A stretch of DNA of 64,000 nt from an uncultured Gammaproteobacteria bacterium (GCA_963747595.1 CAVVFO010000002.1:1227508-1291507), one strand, 5' to 3'. Positions 42,459 to 51,919 are shown, counted from the stretch's first letter. Translations and numbers: made by a program. The notes: generated by a model not told the origin, from the sequence alone.

Positions 42459-45400
42459 TCAGCCTCCGCTCACAAGATGCCGCACGGTGCTGCGGTTCTC
42501 GCTGATGATGTTGAGTACGTCGTCTTTGCCACCGCCGCCGGCCAGGTAGCCGTGCACCAGCTCTGGATCCACCACGTTGACGTTCCGGAAGTTGACCGAT
42601 GGCGCGGCGCCGCCGTGATGGCCTGCCGGGGACTGCAGGCGCGGGCGCGGGGATGAAGAGACATGCGGTGCCGGCACATCGCGCAGCGGATGCACCAGGC
42701 CGCCATCGGCATAGCCGGCGGCATAGTTGGCGATCGCGGCCATGCCCTGGCGGTGGAAATCGCGCATGAACCCCAGCGCGCCGGGCTGCGACACCACATG
42801 CGCGGGCTGCACATACTCGCCGGCATGCACCACGCCGGCGACGTCATAGGTGCCGCCCGCGCCGGTGTAGCCGCCCACTGCAAATGCCGCGAACGAACCG
42901 GCAAGGTTCGCTGCAAGCTGGGTTTCAGCGGCCTTCTGCAGTTTGTCCGCGTTCGCTCCAAGCAGTTCGCTGCTGAAGAACAGCGCACCGCTGGCAACCG
43001 TGAGCTTGCCCGCGCCCTTGCTGACATCGGCACTCTTCTTGTTATTGCCGAACAGACTGCCCAGCGCATCCACGGCCTTGGCCGCCAGCGCCCGCGCTGC
43101 AACCTGCGCCAGGCTCTGCTCGATGCTTTGCGCCAGCGTCTGGAATGCTCCCGCAACGGTCAGCGTGCCGCTGGCGAGCCCTTGAAGCGCTTTGCTCAAA
43201 CCGCCTTCAAAGCCACTTTCAGCAGCCTGTACAAGGTCGTTGACGTGCAGCTTGAGCTGGCCTATATGAACCTGTAGATCTTTCAGCTTCTGCACAGAGC
43301 GCGGGTCACCAATGGCGGCCGTGAACGCTTTGTACTTGGGCACAATAATGTCCAGCTGTTCGCCCGTTTTCTGATTGATCGCAACAATGCGTTGCCGCGC
43401 CGTGTATCCACTGATGAGTCCAGCCTGCTGTTCGGACTGAATGCTCTGCAGTTCCGGCTTCGATTCGAGAGGATCTGCTGCACCTCGCGCTGCAACTTCT
43501 GCAGCTGTGCACGCGCCTCCTGCACATTGATCAGCTTCTTCACCAGCGCCACGCCGGCGGTATCGCCCTGGCGCTGCAGGTCTGCCAGCAGCTGGCCGTA
43601 CTGCTGCTCGATCTTTATCTTCTGTGCCTTGGCCTGGTCGCCGGTGGCACTGGCCAGTGCGGCGGTGAGGTTGTTGTGCACCTTGGCGATGGCGCGGTTT
43701 TTGGCCTGGTTGGCCAGGTCCACGGCCTGGGCCACTTGCGCCTGCACCTGGGCCACATCGGCGCCGTTGGCGATGGCCTTGCCGCCGGCCTGCGCGGCCT
43801 GGCGCACGGACTTTGCGTACTTGTCCCAGGCCGCGCTCACCGGCCCCAGCGCGTTGCTGCCCAGCGAGCTGATGATATTGGCCAGCCGCTGCTGCGCCGT
43901 GGCCGCGGCCTTGGCTTGCGCAAGCGCCTTGCGCTGCGCTTTCTCGGCGCCGTGATCGGTGTATTTCTTGTTGGTCTCTGCGACCAGTTTTTGGTAGTAG
44001 CTTCCGGTGATGGGGCCGTTGGCCGGCGCCTGGATGCCGTGCAGGTTGGGGTCGTTGGGGTTGGCCGCGTAGGCCGCACGCAGCTGCTTGTTCAGCTTGA
44101 TCAGGGCGTTGGTCTTGGCGGTGGTCTTGTCCAGGCTGTTGGCGATGCCGGTGAGGAACGTATCGGCTTCGATGCCCTTTTGCTGCACCTGATCCGGCGC
44201 GCTCTGCTGGTGCGCGTGCGCAATCTCATTGCGGCGTTTGGCCTCCAGCGCCAGCAGCTGTTGTTTGGCCTGCGCCAGTTCCTGCTTGAGCTGCGCCGTG
44301 GGCTTGCCGAAACCAAACGAGACGATGGTATGCCGGCCGTTCTCGCGGTCGCTGATGGTTTTTGTGAGCGAGGTGATCTTTTGCAGCTGGGTATCAATCT
44401 CGGCGGATGTGCCGCTGCGCCCAATGGAGAGGATTGCATCCTCCACGGTCTGCAGATCGTTCTTGAACTCGTGCATGAAGCTTTGCAGCGCGCCAAGGTG
44501 CTGGCGCAGTTCATCGCTGCGCTGGTTGATGGCGTTGGCATAACTGTCGGTGGCCAGCTTGGCTGCGGCCTCCGTGTTGCCCTGCTCCTGCAACGCCTGG
44601 ATCTGCTCATACACGGCCGCCGTGAGGTAGTGGTATTGCGTGTTGAGCGCGGCGCTGGCCTTGGCCGGGGCGTCCTTGAGCTTCACGAACTGCTTCACCG
44701 TGGTGCCGATGGCCTGGCCGGTGGTCTCCTCCATGTTGACGGCTGCCGCGCCGATGGCCTGCAGGTCTGGCGGTGAAACGGCCCGTGGCGATCAGCTGGC
44801 TCAGCGCGGTACGTGCATCACGGATGCCCACGCCGGTGCCGGCGATGCTCTGCGCCATCGCGTCCACGCTTCCCGCCGTCTGCCCGGCATAATTGCCGGT
44901 TATCTTGATCTGCGCGTTGAGCTTCTCCTGCTCATCCAGCCCCTTGACGTAGGCCGCCGCCAGCCCCACCAGCACGCCGGCCACACCCAGAATGGCCACG
45001 CCCTGCGCGCTGAACGCCTTGCTCAGCAAACCGCTGTAGTTGGCCAGGGTCAGGGAGCTTTGCGTCAGCCGGCCGTATTGGCCGGTGGCCAGGTCCTTGG
45101 CCAGAAAGCCGAACTCGCGGCGCGCATTGGCCGAGTTGAAGCTGAACTTGTGCACCGCCTTGTTGGTGCGCGTGAGCGCATCACGGCTGGCGTTGATCTT
45201 GGCGCTGAATACGCCGAAGTCCTCAGCACCCAGCAGGCCGGCCTTGCTGAACTTGCCCAGCTTGCTTTCCAGCTCATCGAACTTGCCCAGCTTGGCGCCC
45301 ACCGGGTCGATCTGCCCCAAAAGATCCGCCAGCGCGGCGGTCTGTGCTCGTGTTGCACGGGTGGATTTTCCAGCCGATGTGCTCAGCCCTTCTACCTCTG

Positions 45401-45488
45401 CGCGCACCCCGGCAACACCGGCGCGCGCGCTGTTGACGTCTGCGGTAATGCGCAGGGCAACATCCAGATTGTCGGCGCCGGTGGCCAC
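42459..45488 (-). pseudogene. Tape measure protein, split into three ORFs by frameshifts
   Basis: MATGADNLDVALRITAD start, Ala/Gln/Leu-rich helical repeats, C-terminal FAVGGYTGAGG...AGVVHAGEYV; breaks near 44770 and 43455. Confidence 0.85.
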
Positions 45489-45503
45489 GTGATCAGTGCT
45501 CCA

Positions 45504-45764
45504 TCAATCTGCGTACAGGTCCTGCAACAACCGTTTGGCATCATCGCCGCCGCCGAATGCCATGTTGACGTCGGTGAGGCGGTCACCCCGCTGCTGGCGT
45601 TCGCGCGCCTTGGCGCGCTCGTAGAACAGCATCAGCTGGCGGGCGGTGTAGCCTCCGAGTCCGTGCTGGGCGTGGCCGTGGGCGATGAGGGTGGTGTAGA
45701 CGTCTGCCCAGCGGACTGTGCCGTGATGGCCACGTCCACGGCGACGCGGCGGACGAAAAAAGGG
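45504..45764 (-). CDS. -1 frameshift extension of the tail assembly chaperone (GT-like)
   Basis: Open -1 frame after slippery CCCTTTTTT, ending just before the tape measure gene. Confidence 0.6.
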   Translation of the reverse strand, partial: PFFRPPRRRGRGHHGTVRWADVYTTLIAHGHAQHGLGGYTARQLMLFYERAKARERQQRGDRLTDVNMAFGGGDDAKRLLQDLYAD

Positions 45765-46129
45765 CCGTTCACGGACCACCACACCATCATCAGCAGCTGC
45801 CCGTCTTCATCGGAGAGGCCGCGGATCCAGTCCGCGTCCACATCGGCGGCGCGGGCCATGAGATCGATGAGGATGTCCGCATGGTCCGCCATGATGGATT
45901 GCACGGATTGATAGGCCACATCGCCGGCGCCCTGCGCTTCCACCAGGGCGGCCACCAGCACGGCGGCGGAGCGCTGGATTTTCAGGCCCTCGACAAAGCC
46001 GTATTCGCGCACGGTGACCGTACGGCCATCAAGCTCAACCTCGCGCTCCGGGTGCAGCACGTTCAGATCATCGGCGCCCTTGTCGGGCGCCGATGCGGAT
46101 GTTGCCGGAGGTGCGACTTTCCTGGCCAT
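45632..46129 (-). CDS. Tail assembly chaperone
   Basis: DDLNVLHPER..VTVREYGFVEGL, MMVWWSVNGPFF; between tail tube and tape measure. Confidence 0.8.
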   Translation of the reverse strand: MARKVAPPATSASAPDKGADDLNVLHPEREVELDGRTVTVREYGFVEGLKIQRSAAVLVAALVEAQGAGDVAYQSVQSIMADHADILIDLMARAADVDADWIRGLSDEDGQLLMMVWWSVNGPFFVRRVAVDVAITAQSAGQTSTPPSSPTATPSTDSEATPPAS

Positions 46130-46887
46130 TACGCGGCCGCCGGCGTTTCGATGCGGCCAAACCCACCCAGCAGCGGATCCTTGGCGTTGAGCGTGTCATA
46201 CAGCACGCTGCCCTTGAGCTGCATCTTGCCGTAATCGGTGCCGATCAGATCCAGCTGCGAGAGCGGGTCAAATTGACAGCGGTACAGCCGCACGCGCGCC
46301 GCGCTGTTGTCCACCGTATTGATGCCGTCGAACACGATGTACTTCTCGGGAATCGGCGCGGTGAACATGGCCACGTTGCTGGCATCGCCGTAGGTGTAAT
46401 TGACGTTGAACGGCTGCGTGAAGCTGGCCACATTGAGGAACTTGATGATGCCCCCGGCGGCAGACTCGATCACATAGTCCGTGCCTTCCACCAGATCCAC
46501 CGGCGTGCTAGTGGCGCTGTCGGTGATGGTGAGCGTGGAGACGTTGGCAAACTCCAGCGCTGCGTAATCACCAGACACCAGCGTGTCCGGTAGAGCCTCG
46601 GCAGTCACGGTTGCGCCCGTCACGCTGGACTTGCTGCCGTACAGCGCCAGCGCCAGGTTGTCCGCGTTGAAGTCCTCCAGCTCCAGCGTGATGCCAGCGG
46701 TCTTGGCAGTGATCAGGCGGCCATCCTCGATGCGCTGACCGGTGTAGCTCTCCTGATGCTGCTTCACGGTGGTGGACAGCGACAGCTGCAGCGTGGGCAC
46801 GTTGAAGGGCCACCGCAGCGCCGCGGGCTTGCCATTGGCATCGCGCTCGGCAATGTAGGCCTTGCCCTGGAATGAAAACAGGCTCAT
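46129..46887 (-). CDS. Major tail (tube) protein
   Basis: MSLFSFQGKAYIAERDANG, HQESYTGQR, RVRLYRCQFDP, DPLLGGFGRI. Confidence 0.8.
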   Translation of the reverse strand: MSLFSFQGKAYIAERDANGKPAALRWPFNVPTLQLSLSTTVKQHQESYTGQRIEDGRLITAKTAGITLELEDFNADNLALALYGSKSSVTGATVTAEALPDTLVSGDYAALEFANVSTLTITDSATSTPVDLVEGTDYVIESAAGGIIKFLNVASFTQPFNVNYTYGDASNVAMFTAPIPEKYIVFDGINTVDNSAARVRLYRCQFDPLSQLDLIGTDYGKMQLKGSVLYDTLNAKDPLLGGFGRIETPAAA

Positions 46888-46890
46888 GGG

Positions 46891-47103
46891 TTACTCCTTG
46901 GTGGCGCCGGAATCGGCAGTCGGGGTGGTCTTGGGCACGGCCGCCGATTTGGCCGGCGCTGCGGCGCTCTTGGGCGCGTCCTTGGCGGCGATGATGCCGT
47001 GCTCGGCCAGCCACGCGGCGATGTGCTGTTCCACATCGATGACCTCGCCTTCCAGATACTTGATGCCGGCGTGGATGTGATCTTTGAGCAGGGTGACGTT
47101 CAT
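46891..47103 (-). CDS. Small hypothetical virion protein
   Basis: 70 aa, VTLLKDHIHAGIKY..GEVIDV, with RBS; coupled to neighbours. Confidence 0.65.
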   Translation of the reverse strand: MNVTLLKDHIHAGIKYLEGEVIDVEQHIAAWLAEHGIIAAKDAPKSAAAPAKSAAVPKTTPTADSGATKE

Positions 47104-47534
47104 TCGACGATCCTCAGCAAAAATTGAAACGGGAAGTAGGCAAACCCGGGCGAATACTTCGGCGGCATGCCGGAGCCACGTCGCAACGGCCGTGTGAATC
47201 CATCCGGGGTCCAGCCACGCAGCGCGTCCAGCGTCTGCGCCACAATCGGCCCGGCCAGCTGGCGCGCGCCGCTACCACCCACCACGTCGCGGGCGCTGCG
47301 CGTGGCAATCACCACCACCCAGCGCTGGTCGGTGATCTGCCCGGCGCCGCGCTCGGCAGTGCCCACCGCCTCGCGCACCGGCACATCGCCGCCATACAGC
47401 AGATGCACTGCCGGCGTGATCTGCTGGCGCTCGGTCACGCCGGCCAGATCTGCGGCGGCCAGCACCGTGACATCGGGCACCTGATCCTCCAGACGCGCCT
47501 TGATCAACGGCTCGGCGGCCAGCCAGTCGTTCAT
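47100..47534 (-). CDS. Mu gp37-like tail terminator/neck protein
   Basis: MNDWLAAEPLIKARL, ITPAVHLLYGGD, ALRGWTP, YSPGFAYFPFQF; follows gp36. Confidence 0.7.
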   Translation of the reverse strand: MNDWLAAEPLIKARLEDQVPDVTVLAAADLAGVTERQQITPAVHLLYGGDVPVREAVGTAERGAGQITDQRWVVVIATRSARDVVGGSGARQLAGPIVAQTLDALRGWTPDGFTRPLRRGSGMPPKYSPGFAYFPFQFLLRIVE

Positions 47535-47986
47535 CGCAGCGGCCGCACATTGGTCAGGCCGGGCAGGTAGTCGCTCAGTGACTCAGTGGTCAGCGTGCGC
47601 GGCGGCGCCTGCACCTGCGGACGGTCCGCGGCCGCCTGCGGCATGTTTGTATCCAGCCCCAGCGAAATGGCCCCGCTGGCCACCTTGCCCATCAGCGCCA
47701 CCACGTCCTGATACCGCGTGCGGATCTCCGGCGGCGCCTGGTCGTCATACAGCCGGTAGCGCGCCACGTCGCAGGCCAGGCGCACCAGCACCGGCGGCAC
47801 CTGGGCCAGCGGCAGCGTGTAGCGGTTGCCCACGTAGGTATCCAGCTCGTCGCCGGCGTCATCCAGTGCGCGCTGCAACACGGTCTGGTCGATCAAGCCG
47901 CTGCGCTCGCGATCGGTCAGCTCCAGCAGCTCGGTCTGCCCGAACCGGTCAATCATGTCCTGCGTGCTGGCGTAGGCCGTGCTCAC
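47531..47986 (-). CDS. Mu gp36-like (DUF1320) head-tail adaptor
   Basis: YASTQDMIDRFG, RYTLPL, LACDVARYRLY, RYQD....GAISLG. Confidence 0.88.
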   Translation of the reverse strand: MSTAYASTQDMIDRFGQTELLELTDRERSGLIDQTVLQRALDDAGDELDTYVGNRYTLPLAQVPPVLVRLACDVARYRLYDDQAPPEIRTRYQDVVALMGKVASGAISLGLDTNMPQAAADRPQVQAPPRTLTTESLSDYLPGLTNVRPLR

Positions 47987-48159
47987 TTGCTGCCCTTGGC
48001 CTTCTTGGTGTCATCGCTCTCGGCAGCAGCCAGCGGCGTGATGTAACCGCGATACACCAGCTCCTGATGCGCGTCGGCATCCAGCTTCACGGTGCCGCTG
48101 CGCACAAGGTCGCCCTTGTGCCGAATGGGCTTGAGGATCTCGAACTCACTCAGTGCCAT
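47983..48159 (-). CDS. Small hypothetical protein (58 aa), below the ORF-track cutoff
   Basis: AGGAG RBS, MALSEFEILKPIRHKGDLV...KGSK, stop overlaps the GTG of gp36. Confidence 0.7.
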   Translation of the reverse strand: MALSEFEILKPIRHKGDLVRSGTVKLDADAHQELVYRGYITPLAAAESDDTKKAKGSK

Positions 48160-48224
48160 GTCGCACTCCTTATCTATGGGGTCACCCGGCGGCGCGTGGC
48201 CGCCGGGTCCTATGGCGGCGGGTA

Positions 48225-49160
48225 TCAGCCGCCGGCGTTGGCGATCAGGTAGCCAGCGGTGATGCCGGTGAGGATCGGCGTATTGTCAAAACTCACGCCG
48301 TACACCCAGCTCTTGGCATTGGCATCCCAGTAGGGCTGCTCCACCAGCGGATGCCCCTCGATGTAGTAGGTGTAGCCGAAGCTCGGCTCCTCCACGTTGG
48401 GGTCCTGGCTGTCGCTGACATAGGCCAGCACCACATCGTTTCCCCACACATCGGAGAAGTCGTCCTTGTCGTCGGCCACCATCGCCTCGCCCACGATCAC
48501 GTTCTTGACCTGCCAGAGGCTCGCCAGAATCTCCGGGGTGACGGAATCGCGGCTGGTGTACTTGGTGCGGTCCAGGATCTTGGCGTTGTACTTGCACGCC
48601 GAGAGCGCCTTGGCCGAGATGATGGCGGTGTTGGGATACACGCCGATGGAGCTGCGGATAGCCTCGCGGCCGGCCTCCACATCCTTGCTCGGGTCACCGC
48701 TGGAGCCGCTCCACACGTCGGTGCCGGTCAGGGCGTGCTGGTGATTGGCGTCGTAGTTGGCGGTGTTGCGCGCCGTCTGGCCACAGTTGTATTCGTGCTC
48801 CAGATTGAGGCTGCGCATAACCGTATTGACCGCGCGCACGCCCAGGTTGATGCCCGGCACATGGCTGGCATCGCGCATCAGTTCGCGCGGCACCTTGGCC
48901 TCCAGCGCGCTGGGCACGATGGCAAAGGGCTCGCCCTCGTAGCCAAATTCCAGCCGCTTGGTGGCAGAGCCGGGAGCGCGTGCGCTGGAATACAGTTTGA
49001 ACGCCTCCTTGCCGAAGCGGATGGTCTTGCCGCCGTAGTACGGCACCGGTGCCAACTTGAACAAGCTGCGGCCCACAAGGTTGGCCTGGCGGTAGCCCTG
49101 GGCGTGTTCGGACAAAATGGGGTCGACGATGCGCGCCTGACCTGGACTGAGCTGTGGCAT
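48225..49160 (-). CDS. Major capsid protein
   Basis: ARIVDPILSEHAQGY, FGKEAFKLYSSARAPG, PSFGYTYYIEGHP; follows protease and cement genes. Confidence 0.85.
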   Translation of the reverse strand: MPQLSPGQARIVDPILSEHAQGYRQANLVGRSLFKLAPVPYYGGKTIRFGKEAFKLYSSARAPGSATKRLEFGYEGEPFAIVPSALEAKVPRELMRDASHVPGINLGVRAVNTVMRSLNLEHEYNCGQTARNTANYDANHQHALTGTDVWSGSSGDPSKDVEAGREAIRSSIGVYPNTAIISAKALSACKYNAKILDRTKYTSRDSVTPEILASLWQVKNVIVGEAMVADDKDDFSDVWGNDVVLAYVSDSQDPNVEEPSFGYTYYIEGHPLVEQPYWDANAKSWVYGVSFDNTPILTGITAGYLIANAGG

Positions 49161-49232
49161 GTCACTATCTCCTGGCGGTTGGGGCTGGGATGGCGCGCCA
49201 GACGCGCCGCCCCATCAGTTCTTGCGTATCGA

Positions 49233-49568
49233 TCAGTTGGGAATCAGGTGGCACTCGATGACATCGCCGGCGGCGCTGGCCGCGGACAGCGCCACGGCAA
49301 CCGGCACGCCGCTGCTGTGCGTGGCCGCCTGGCCATTGGCACCGGCCTCGATGCGTGCGCCCAGGGCAATGGCGCCGGCGGCGGTCACCTGCGCCGTGCC
49401 CAGCGTGTCCACGGGCACCAGATCACCGGCGGCCGCATCGCTGCGCGCAACGCCCAGGGCATTGCCGGCCGCGGTGGCCGGGTTGCCGTCCTCGGTCACA
49501 AAGGTGAGCGCCGTGATGGCGACGGCGGCCTTGACCGAGAGGGTAAGGATGGAATGCGACTGACTCAT
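49233..49568 (-). CDS. Capsid cement/decoration protein (DUF2190-like)
   Basis: Ala/Gly-rich, GDLVPVDTLGTAQVTAAGAIALG, AASAAGDVIECHL. Confidence 0.75.
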   Translation of the reverse strand: MSQSHSILTLSVKAAVAITALTFVTEDGNPATAAGNALGVARSDAAAGDLVPVDTLGTAQVTAAGAIALGARIEAGANGQAATHSSGVPVAVALSAASAAGDVIECHLIPN

Positions 49569-49604
49569 GGCGTGTCCTTGGAATGATGAAAAGGCATGCG
49601 GCGA

Positions 49605-50759
49605 TCAGCGGCCGCCGACGGCGCGGTAGGCGGAGACAAAATCCATGTCCGGGTGCTGCGCCTGGTAGGCGCGGGCCTTGGCGTACAGATCCAGCCGCGC
49701 GCCATCCACCTGGGTGCCGGGCGCGGTGGCGAAATCGGCATGCGCCTCGGTGACCTCGGCGGCGGACTTCTCCGCATAGTCGATCTGCTGCGGCAGCTCG
49801 CCCAGCAGGCCGCGCAGCGTCTCGCCGGCGCTCTGGGTGACGCTCTCGCCTTCGGCGCCGGCAAAGCTCACGGAGCTGTCACCGGGCATGGCCAGCAGCA
49901 CCTCCACCACCGGCGCCTTCTGGCGTGGCAGCAGCTTGCCCTGTTTCACCAGCTGCTCGGCAAACGCCAGCGCATCTTCGCGCTGCGCCTTGGTCTCGCG
50001 GCTTTTGAGCGCCTGCTCGCGCTCGCTCAGCTGGCTGGCCTGATCGTCCAGCTGCTGTTTGCGCTCGGCAAAGTCGACGGCCTGTTGATTGGTATCGGGC
50101 ATGGTGCGGTCCTCGGAAAAAGATGGGGTGGCGGCAGCGGCCGCATCATCGGCATCGGCGTCCGGCTCCAGCGGGCCGCCGGTGGAATCAAGCTCATCCA
50201 GGGCGTCATCCGGCAAGATGCGCATGGCGTGATCGCCGCCCTGGGTATCGCTCATGTGTTTGCGCAGGCGCCGGAACAGCTGCCCCACCACGGCCATCGG
50301 ACCGTGCTGGGTATTGACGGAGGAAAAATCGAAGGTCACCGCCTCGCCCTCGGCAAACGCGGCGCTGGGCAGTCCCTTCACGGCCGGCGCCTGCGCGCCC
50401 AGGAAGCCCACATGGCGCAGGTAATGCGTGTCCGGCTTGGGGTTGGCGCTGCTGCCCGGCGGAAAGATGGAGGCGGACAGCTTCTTGTAGCGCCCGTCGT
50501 TGACCAGCTTGACGAACTCGGGATCCACCTGGTCGGTCTCGGCGTACAGCACGCTGCCCTCGGCCACCAGCTTCTTCACCCAGCCATAGGCCGGCGTGTT
50601 GATTTCGGGGTGGCCGATGACCAGCGGCGCCTCGGAGACGTTCGGGTCATAGCCGGCGGCCATTGCAGCCAGGTCGGCATCGCTGAACGTGAGCGTGCGG
50701 CCACGCATGTCGGTATGCGTGCCGGAACGGAAGATGGCGAGACGGTGAGCGCTTGGCAT
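49605..50759 (-). CDS. Prohead protease/scaffold (Mu gpI-like)
   Basis: YDPNVSEAPLVIGHP, YKKLSAS, YLRHVGFLGAQAPAVKGL; coiled-coil C-terminal half. Confidence 0.88.
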   Translation of the reverse strand: MPSAHRLAIFRSGTHTDMRGRTLTFSDADLAAMAAGYDPNVSEAPLVIGHPEINTPAYGWVKKLVAEGSVLYAETDQVDPEFVKLVNDGRYKKLSASIFPPGSSANPKPDTHYLRHVGFLGAQAPAVKGLPSAAFAEGEAVTFDFSSVNTQHGPMAVVGQLFRRLRKHMSDTQGGDHAMRILPDDALDELDSTGGPLEPDADADDAAAAATPSFSEDRTMPDTNQQAVDFAERKQQLDDQASQLSEREQALKSRETKAQREDALAFAEQLVKQGKLLPRQKAPVVEVLLAMPGDSSVSFAGAEGESVTQSAGETLRGLLGELPQQIDYAEKSAAEVTEAHADFATAPGTQVDGARLDLYAKARAYQAQHPDMDFVSAYRAVGGR

Positions 50760-50766
50760 GTGGGTC

Positions 50767-50810
50767 AGTATCGGGACTGACCCGGTGGCGCGGGGTGCGA
50801 CGCGCGTCGC
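50767..50810 (-). promoter_or_regulatory. Predicted activator-dependent late promoter of the head operon (PI-like)
   Basis: GGGTGCGACGCGCGTCGC (50793-50810) identical to 59931-59948; -10-like GATACT 20 nt downstream on the minus strand. Confidence 0.7.
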
Positions 50811-50844
50811 TCAAACGCATGGCCTCGGACAGAGGCCGATTGAA

Positions 50845-51171
50845 TCAGTAGGTGTGCACAGGGGTGTCGGTGGTCGCGTCCTTGATGAGCGTGCCGGACG
50901 GATCGAACTTCAGCAGCAGCGTCTGCGCGGAACCACTCGTGCTCAAGAAGCCATCGGAGTGGTAGTGCTCATAGCTGTATGCCAGCACCGTGTTGCCATT
51001 ACTGCGATGCTCCACCAGGGCCGGCTTGCCGAACATGTCGCGCGCCTGGGCCTGCGTGGTGGTGCCAATCTTCAGCTGTGACACCAATGACGCATCGTAT
51101 TGCCGGCCGGTATTGGCCGTCGCACAGCCCGCAAGGGCCATCACTAGAAACATCACTGCAAGCTTGCGCAT
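50845..51171 (-). CDS. Accessory lipoprotein with SmpA/OmlA (BamE-like) signature
   Basis: MRKLAVMFLVMALAG-C lipobox; QLKIGTTTQAQARDMFGKP..YSY..LLLKFDPSG pattern. Confidence 0.75.
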   Translation of the reverse strand: MRKLAVMFLVMALAGCATANTGRQYDASLVSQLKIGTTTQAQARDMFGKPALVEHRSNGNTVLAYSYEHYHSDGFLSTSGSAQTLLLKFDPSGTLIKDATTDTPVHTY

Positions 51172-51363
51172 GATCCTTGCCTTACCCTGTCTCCGTAAAA
51201 TTGAGCCTAGCACAGCATTCTTTCCCGGATGGAGCGAATACGCCCGGCCTTGGTGACACCAAAGCGCCTTTGAAGCCGTTTAAAAGCGTTTGAGAGGCGG
51301 CACGCTGTACATCACTGGGGGCATTGCATGCCTTGGGCGTCTTGTAGGCCCACACAGGCGCTC

Positions 51364-51828
51364 TCAGCGCGCCGACGCATTCAGCGCCGCCTGGATGTGA
51401 TCGCTGGCGATATGCGTGAGCTCCACCGCATCCACTGCGGACACACCAAGCCAGGGCCGCGCGGGGATGCCGCCGCGGCCAAACTGGTGCGTGGCGCCCC
51501 AGATGGCGGCGGTGCCCACGTACAGCACCTGGTCGCTGACCTGATAGCTGAGCATGTCGCCCAACATGTGCCGGTCCAGCACCAGGATGGGCGCATCCGG
51601 ATGTTTGCGCGCCTTGCGTTTGGCGTAGTCCCTGGACAGCGGCAGCCACGGTACGCCGGCGGGCGAGACTTCCAGCGCGGCGCGATCGCGGGTGGATGTG
51701 AGCAGGTATTCGCCCATGTCATCCAGCATCAGTTCGCGGCCGTCACCATCGAGCACGTTGTCCACGGCGCGCAGCGCATCCAGCAGCTTGCGGTCGTCGA
51801 CCTGGATAACAACGCGTGCGCCGCTCAT
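51364..51828 (-). CDS. Virion morphogenesis protein (Mu gpG-like)
   Basis: PWLPLS, VGTAAIWGATHQFG, IPARPWLGVS. Confidence 0.9.
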   Translation of the reverse strand: MSGARVVIQVDDRKLLDALRAVDNVLDGDGRELMLDDMGEYLLTSTRDRAALEVSPAGVPWLPLSRDYAKRKARKHPDAPILVLDRHMLGDMLSYQVSDQVLYVGTAAIWGATHQFGRGGIPARPWLGVSAVDAVELTHIASDHIQAALNASAR

Positions 51829-51919
51829 GGCGTATACTCGCGCACTTGGCCGTCAGCGTGGAGCGCGCTCCCATACGCTGGCTGGCCGGCCCGTCCCGCG
51901 CGTGGGAAGTGAGGGCCCT

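Noticed and set aside
48184-48208. 10-bp hairpin after the major capsid gene as a terminator
   Set aside because: No U-tract on the coding strand; at most an mRNA-stabilising stem.
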